Notes under the pieces: generated by a model
What the model was told of the DNA's origin: nothing
The model's database searches: none
The model's input: the letters and a program-made list of their open reading frames with translations, nothing else
Part shown: one piece after another, positions 26,189-31,614 of the stretch
Layout: every line of letters begins with the position of its first letter
Numbering within the stretch: position 1 is the first letter of the stretch
Made by a program: the position numbers and the translations under genes
Source: Promethearchaeota archaeon
GTDB lineage: Archaea > Asgardarchaeota > Lokiarchaeia > Sigyniarchaeales > SOKP01
Direction: 5' to 3'
NCBI GenBank assembly: GCA_013375475.1
Contig: JABXKD010000040.1
Coordinates: 1-31,614, forward strand
DNA length: 31,614 nt

Positions 26189-27490
26189 TTATAGCATTTT
26201 AAATAATTGTCTTAGCGTTAAGCTCATAATATATTGTTGTACTTGTCTTGTTCCTCCGCCAATTTCCTGAATTCTTGTGATTCCTAAAAGATCATGCATT
26301 AATGTATTATCGCAAACTCCTGCTCCACCCATAAGATTAGCGCACTCGTAAACAACTCGCTCGCATAGTTTTGTGCTAAGAAACTTAAGCTGAGAGGCAG
26401 TAGCAACCAGAGCTAAATTAAATTCTTTTGGTAAAGTTCCCATTTTTTCCATCTTATCATCAATCGTTTGGCAAATATTTAAATTAGCTAATGTCATGCT
26501 TACTGTCTGAGCCCACAAATCAGACAGAGGAAATCCTACTCCTTGATATTTCAAGACTTCCTTATCAAATTGCTTTCTCATGTTAGAATATATTACAGCA
26601 TGAGTGATCGCATTCCAAGCTTCTGCTAAATTTAAACATACGATCCCTAATCTTTCTAAATTAAGCCCTTCGAACAAGTGGGATCTCCCTTCGCCCGGTT
26701 TTCCTAGTAGATATTCGGAAGGAACCTTCATATTTGCCATAGTTTCCTTTCCTATATGAATCCTTGGAGTCCAGGGAATGTTAACACGTTCAGCAGTCCA
26801 ACCATCCCAAGATGTATCAATTAGAAACTGAGCCATGGTATTACCGTTATTCTTTTCTGTAACTGCATAAACTACCGCCCAATCTGCTTTACTTCCATTA
26901 GTTTGATATATTTTTTGCCCGTTTAAAATATAACTGCCATCTCCTTGTTCATCACAGGTAGTTAGCATATGAACTGCATCGGATCCCCTCTCTGGCTCTG
27001 TTATGCAAATACATCCAATTTTCTCTCCCGTTACTAATTCCTTTAAAGCTTTTAACCGAACCTCAACGTTTTCGTGATGAAGTAATAAAGGATTCACAGC
27101 TAAAACCGTAGCTCCAGCGCCCATCGAAAGTTGAGGATCAAAGAAATCCATAGCCAAGACTCTCATAAATTCCGTAGTCAGCCCATAGGGTTCAAAATCT
27201 AATCCTAAATTATCAAATTTGTGCATTCGAGTAATAAATCCATTTCTGCCAATTTCCGGTATCCACTCGTAGAAATCTTCGTTATGGGTTATATTTTTTT
27301 CCTTTTCAAATTTCACAAAAAATTTCTGAGCTTGTTTAAGGAAATCAAAATGTTTCGGCTTTAAAAAACTCATCAGATTGTAATTCAAAAACTTATTTCG
27401 GGTTTTTAAAGAGAGTTTTTCGAGGATTTCGTCATTTATACATTGAACTTTTCCTTTTTTATTAACCAATAAGATCAACTCTTTGAACAT
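26189..27490 (-). CDS. Acyl-CoA dehydrogenase (start uncertain)
   Basis: CITEPERGSD, LNGQKIYQTNG, GLNLER, RKQFDK, NLMGGAG and EIGGGT. The first 17 codons look non-coding. Confidence 0.9.
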   Translation of the reverse strand: MFKELILLVNKKGKVQCINDEILEKLSLKTRNKFLNYNLMSFLKPKHFDFLKQAQKFFVKFEKEKNITHNEDFYEWIPEIGRNGFITRMHKFDNLGLDFEPYGLTTEFMRVLAMDFFDPQLSMGAGATVLAVNPLLLHHENVEVRLKALKELVTGEKIGCICITEPERGSDAVHMLTTCDEQGDGSYILNGQKIYQTNGSKADWAVVYAVTEKNNGNTMAQFLIDTSWDGWTAERVNIPWTPRIHIGKETMANMKVPSEYLLGKPGEGRSHLFEGLNLERLGIVCLNLAEAWNAITHAVIYSNMRKQFDKEVLKYQGVGFPLSDLWAQTVSMTLANLNICQTIDDKMEKMGTLPKEFNLALVATASQLKFLSTKLCERVVYECANLMGGAGVCDNTLMHDLLGITRIQEIGGGTRQVQQYIMSLTLRQLFKML

Positions 27491-27568
27491 GAAATATTTT
27501 AATGAGTATGAATAGTATTTGATGAGGTCCTTAAAATATTTTTATAAAATAAGAAAAAAAAGTATTAT

Positions 27569-29305
27569 TTAATCAGTTTTTGTTGATTCTTCTCTTAATG
27601 CTCGTTTTAAGACCTTACCAACTATAGTGAGCGGGAGAGTTTCTCGAAACTCCCATAATCTTGGATTTTCATATTTAGAGAGATTTTCAGCTGCATAATC
27701 TTTTAAATCTGCTTGTACTTTGTCCGTTGGTTCAATTCCTTCTTTCAATTGGACTATTGCTTTAACAATTTCACTTCCAGGGCGATCAGTATCTTTCAAC
27801 CCGATAATTGCTACCATTTCTATATCTGGATGTTTAGTTAATATATCTTCAACATGAACACTGTATACCTTAAACCCGCTCACAATTAACATGTCTTTAG
27901 TTCGGTCTACAATTGTAATATAACCATCTTCGTCCATTACACCTACATCGCCAGTATGAAACCATCCATCGATGATGGTTTTAGCGTTTGCATCGGGCTT
28001 ATTGTAATAACCCCGTGTAACTTGCGGACCTCGACATATTATTTCTCCTGGTTTTCCAAGCTCAACTTGTTCTCCCGTTTCGATATCAACGAGTCTAATG
28101 TCAGTATCGGGGACAGGTAGACCAACGGTACCGACCTTTTTAGTTCCGTAGTATGGGTTCATTGACAAGATCGGGCTTGTTTCAGTCATGCCGTACACTT
28201 CCAATACTTTTTCTTTAGCTTCCATACTATTTTCAAAATCGTTAATAGCTTCAGCTGGAAATGGAGCAGCTCCAGAAATGTAAACTTCAATGTTTTTTAA
28301 AACCTCAGGGGGGATATCTTTAGATTTTTCGTTATTTTTTATTGCTAAATACAAGGTTGGAACATTTACTATAATCATAGGTTTTTTGTTTTTTATTTCT
28401 TCAATTAAATGGTCTGTGTCTCTCGGATTGGCTATTAGTATTTGAGAGGCGGAGAGATAGAGTGTTACCATACTCATAGCTAAACCTGCAAGATGGAACA
28501 GAGGAAAGGCAGACAAATTGTTGGCTTCTTCTTGTTCTTCTGCTGCTCTATCAATCCAAGTGGAGATTTGCACAATGTTGGTAATAATGTTTGCATGAGT
28601 AAGCTCGGTTCCCTTAGGTAATCCCGTGGTTCCGCCAGTATATTGAAGCAGAGCGAGATCGTTTTTGTTATCTATATCAACGTGTTTTAAATCACTATTC
28701 GTCTTTATGACTTCATCAAAATCAAGCACTAATTTACCAGTAAATGGTGATACTTTTCCTTTAGGTATTTTTCCTATCAGTTTTCCTAGGATAACCTTAA
28801 TTTTTGGTAATCCCATATAATCCGAGATATTCGTCGTAATTACACATTCTAGCTTCGGTACTTTTTCCAGAACCTTAGTCAACACTTTTTCGTAAAAAGC
28901 ATCTAAAGTAACAAAGAATTTTGCCTCGCTATCGTTAATTTGATAAGCTATTTCAGTAGGGCTCATTAAAGGCGAACAACCAGAAGCAACACCCCCCGCT
29001 AACAAAGTACCAAGGTGCGCTACTAAATATTGAGGACAATTAGCTAAATTTATTGCCACGCGATCTCCTTTTTTCAAGCCATTTTTTTGTAAGAAGGTAG
29101 CAAATCGATGTACATAATCTCTTAGTTCTCCAAAAGTCATTGCAGTTTCCATAAAATAGCATGAGACGCGTTCGGGATATTTAGCCATAGCTTTATCAAA
29201 TAAATCACCAAGACTCTCTTTGGGATAGTTTAAAGAAGGTTTTACATGTTTATCATAAGATTTCGTCCATATTTTCGCATCATATGGACTCATTTTCATT
29301 TCCAT
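27569..29305 (-). CDS. fadD: Long-chain fatty acid-CoA ligase (FadD-like)
   Basis: LLQYTGGTTGLPKG, PLFHLAG, YGMTETSP, GPQVTRGYYNKP, WFHTGD, DRTKDMLIVSGFKVY and PLTIVGK; SD GAGGT upstream. Confidence 0.93.
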   Translation of the reverse strand: MEMKMSPYDAKIWTKSYDKHVKPSLNYPKESLGDLFDKAMAKYPERVSCYFMETAMTFGELRDYVHRFATFLQKNGLKKGDRVAINLANCPQYLVAHLGTLLAGGVASGCSPLMSPTEIAYQINDSEAKFFVTLDAFYEKVLTKVLEKVPKLECVITTNISDYMGLPKIKVILGKLIGKIPKGKVSPFTGKLVLDFDEVIKTNSDLKHVDIDNKNDLALLQYTGGTTGLPKGTELTHANIITNIVQISTWIDRAAEEQEEANNLSAFPLFHLAGLAMSMVTLYLSASQILIANPRDTDHLIEEIKNKKPMIIVNVPTLYLAIKNNEKSKDIPPEVLKNIEVYISGAAPFPAEAINDFENSMEAKEKVLEVYGMTETSPILSMNPYYGTKKVGTVGLPVPDTDIRLVDIETGEQVELGKPGEIICRGPQVTRGYYNKPDANAKTIIDGWFHTGDVGVMDEDGYITIVDRTKDMLIVSGFKVYSVHVEDILTKHPDIEMVAIIGLKDTDRPGSEIVKAIVQLKEGIEPTDKVQADLKDYAAENLSKYENPRLWEFRETLPLTIVGKVLKRALREESTKTD

Positions 29306-29367
29306 TAGATTAACCTCTTAATTTTTATTCACAAAATTGGTGAATATCTTACTTATTGTTACATGAA

Positions 29368-29380
29368 TTTATAAATTTTT
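29368..29380 (-). promoter_or_regulatory. BRE/TATA promoter for the fadD-like gene
   Basis: Minus strand AAAAA-TTTATAAA about 63 nt upstream of ATG 29305. Confidence 0.55.
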
Positions 29381-29485
29381 ACCGAATTCATCAAAATAAA
29401 TCTGGAAAAAGAGAATTTATGTCATAATTCGTGGGAAGAATCTTAATGATAAAAAAAGAAAATAATAAGAAAAAAAATTAAAAAA

Positions 29486-30505
29486 TTATTCTATCTTAAC
29501 CATGATCTTTATATCGTCATGTAATCCTTTTGATAAATCTTCAAATGCTATGGGAACTTCATCTAGTTTTATTATTTTAGTAATTAGTGGTTTTATATTC
29601 ACCCTTTTCTGATCTAATAAATTTATAGCAGTTTTAAATGTACCTTGATTATATGCAAAAATACCTCTCAATGTGATATTTTTAATTGCAATACCATAGA
29701 AATTTCTTAGGTCCGTGATTTCAGGATCCATACCAATCATTGTGATATACCCTCCTCTTCTTACAAGATCTATTGCTGATGTAATCGTTTCACTTATTCC
29801 TACGCAATCAAATATATGAGTTGGCCCTATTTTATCACATAATCTTTGAATCTTTTTCCAGTTTTGTGGAGTGAATACTTTATTGGCCCCCATTCCCAAC
29901 GCTATTCTGTGCTTAGATTCTACTGGCTCCAACGCATAAATATTACCTGCACCTGCTACTTTTAACGCTAAAATTGTGATTAAACCAATAGTACCCGTTC
30001 CAAAAACCGCAACGCTATCACCTATTTTTATGCCAGACTCTTGAACAGAATAAATACCAACCGCCAGTGGCTCGATCATGGCTCCTTCTTCTAATGAGAT
30101 TGATTCAGGCAAAATGTGAATTCTTTCCTCGTTTACATTAATAAATTCGGCCATTGCACCATCAGTAAGTGATCCTAAAGCTCTAGGGGCAAATTTGCAC
30201 TTATTCTCTTGATTTTGATTACACCAATAACAATTGTAGCATGGAACATTCGGATTTATAGTTACGTGATCTCCAATTTTCACTTTTTTTACATTATCGC
30301 CTATTTCTATTATTTCTCCAGATATTTCATGCCCTATAATTGTCCCTGAACCATACATACCTGCTTTTTTAAAAGATTCAACATCCGAACCACAAATACC
30401 ACAATATTTAACTTTGATTAAAGCCTCGTCTGGTTTAACACTAGGCATTGGTAAATCGTCTCTTACAACAATTTTTCCAACACCTTCATAAGATACGCCC
30501 TTCAC
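29486..30505 (-). CDS. Zn-dependent alcohol dehydrogenase (MDR superfamily, threonine/sorbitol/butanediol DH-like)
   Basis: GICGSD, GHE, structural Zn CYNCYWC...C, IEP and Rossmann GTGTIG; SD GAGGTG before GTG. Confidence 0.92.
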   Translation of the reverse strand: MKGVSYEGVGKIVVRDDLPMPSVKPDEALIKVKYCGICGSDVESFKKAGMYGSGTIIGHEISGEIIEIGDNVKKVKIGDHVTINPNVPCYNCYWCNQNQENKCKFAPRALGSLTDGAMAEFINVNEERIHILPESISLEEGAMIEPLAVGIYSVQESGIKIGDSVAVFGTGTIGLITILALKVAGAGNIYALEPVESKHRIALGMGANKVFTPQNWKKIQRLCDKIGPTHIFDCVGISETITSAIDLVRRGGYITMIGMDPEITDLRNFYGIAIKNITLRGIFAYNQGTFKTAINLLDQKRVNIKPLITKIIKLDEVPIAFEDLSKGLHDDIKIMVKIE

Positions 30506-30545
30506 TTATTTACACCTCAATTTATACAAAATTTTAAAAATAGAT

Positions 30546-31613
30546 TTAAAGGATTCCCATACTTCCCATAAGTTTTGTTGCATCAGGTATTTGAGCCCAG
30601 ATAGTTTTAACATCTATTACTGCTGGTTTTCCGGAGTTTTTAGCTCTTTCTAGAGCCGATCTAATTTCGTTTGGATCCGTCACAACCTCTCCGTAACACC
30701 CAAATCCTTCAGCACACTTAGCAAAGTCGAAAGCGGGTAGATCTACATCAATATAATGCTTACTTACATACATTTTTTGACCTGACTTAAGCATTCCCCA
30801 AGCACTATTATTTGCTATCACGAAGATTAAATTACTTAAACCTAATCTAACAGCAGTCTCAAGATCTTGAATATTCATCATAAAACTTCCATCACCAGAT
30901 ATTGATATTACTTGTTTGTCCGGTTTTGCTAACTTCGCTCCGATTCCATACGCTACCGATGTTCCTAAATGGCCCATACCGATAGCTTGCAAGAAAGAGA
31001 GGGGAGGTCTTGGCTTATAGAAATCTATTTGTTCTATAGAGAAACAAGCTATATCTCCGCCATCATTAATAAATATCGCATCTTCATCCATGAATTCTAA
31101 AACATCCTTAACTAATCTTTGAGGTAATATAGGAATCTTATCTCTTGTCGCTTTTTTCATGATGGTTTCAATATAATTTTGTCTAGATTTAGCTAACTCG
31201 TTTAACCATTCTCTCTGCTCAACTTTTTGACCTTTTTTTGCTACTTCTAAGATTTGCATTAGGAATTGTTTACAGTCGCTAACTATACCAAGTGTAATAG
31301 GCTTAGCGCGTCCGATTATGGAGGGATCAATATCGACTTGTATCATCTTTTGAGAATTACTCCAGAATGGTTCTTCCCCGTGAGCCATAATATAAGTAAA
31401 CTTACATCCTAGAGCGAGAACTACATCTGCCTCTGGACCTGCCTTTAACCCCGGGCCATTTATTGTTGTACCAAGAAAACTTTCTGATTTACTTGAGATA
31501 GTTCCAACACCCATAAGAGTAGTCATAACAGGAATTTTTAAGTATTCCGCAAATTCTTGAAGTTCGTTCCAACCTTCTGCCCTTGATACTCCTCCTCCAG
31601 ATACAATAAGGGG
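30546..31613 (-). CDS. Thiamine pyrophosphate-dependent enzyme (acetolactate synthase / 2-hydroxyacyl-CoA lyase-like), 5' end truncated by window edge
   Basis: TPP motif GDGSF...NNSAWG, IQVDIDP and ADVVLALG. The frame stays open upstream of 31526 to the edge (PLIVSGGGVSRAEGWNELQEFAEYLKIPV). Confidence 0.9.
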   Translation of the reverse strand, partial: PLIVSGGGVSRAEGWNELQEFAEYLKIPVMTTLMGVGTISSKSESFLGTTINGPGLKAGPEADVVLALGCKFTYIMAHGEEPFWSNSQKMIQVDIDPSIIGRAKPITLGIVSDCKQFLMQILEVAKKGQKVEQREWLNELAKSRQNYIETIMKKATRDKIPILPQRLVKDVLEFMDEDAIFINDGGDIACFSIEQIDFYKPRPPLSFLQAIGMGHLGTSVAYGIGAKLAKPDKQVISISGDGSFMMNIQDLETAVRLGLSNLIFVIANNSAWGMLKSGQKMYVSKHYIDVDLPAFDFAKCAEGFGCYGEVVTDPNEIRSALERAKNSGKPAVIDVKTIWAQIPDATKLMGSMGIL

Positions 31614-31614
31614 T

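Noticed and set aside
1-31614. CRISPR arrays, tRNA/rRNA genes, transposases, tandem repeats
   Set aside because: None seen by eye; intergenic gaps are short and AT-rich with no periodic repeats or cloverleaf-like GC stems.

Overview
AT-rich, densely coding 31.6-kb window, most likely from an archaeon of the Asgard/Lokiarchaeia type. This is an inference from TATA/BRE-like promoters, oligo-T terminators, an IPGF-TM-basic C-terminal sorting signal and many acyl-CoA genes. It holds 22 CDS, two of them truncated by the window edges. I saw no RNA genes, CRISPR arrays or transposases. The window is mostly an ester/lipid/acyl-CoA catabolic neighbourhood: carboxylesterase, SGNH hydrolase, two acyl-CoA ligases, a family I CoA-transferase, two acyl-CoA dehydrogenases, two crotonase-fold proteins, 4-hydroxybutyryl-CoA dehydratase, Zn-ADH and a TPP enzyme, plus pyrG and DUF1846. 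The most striking feature is a Dpp/Opp-type ABC importer (859-9915) with a greatly expanded membrane part. Both ATPases carry about 7 N-terminal TM helices, DppB has an extra 2-TM hairpin, and a 4-TM accessory gene leads the operon, adding about 20 helices beyond a normal importer. The two ATPase membrane domains appear to share an 'MILQ...P...I.E.I' N-terminus, which implies an AUU start for dppD. A 15-bp motif just downstream of the TATA box is shared with an enoyl-CoA isomerase promoter, hinting at a lipid-type substrate. Other oddities are a CPBP protease lacking both catalytic His residues, a crotonase without catalytic acids, a QueG/RdhA-like Fe-S protein inside an acyl-CoA cluster, and a 16-aa insertion in a near-invariant CTP synthase motif. 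TM counts and alignments were made by eye.
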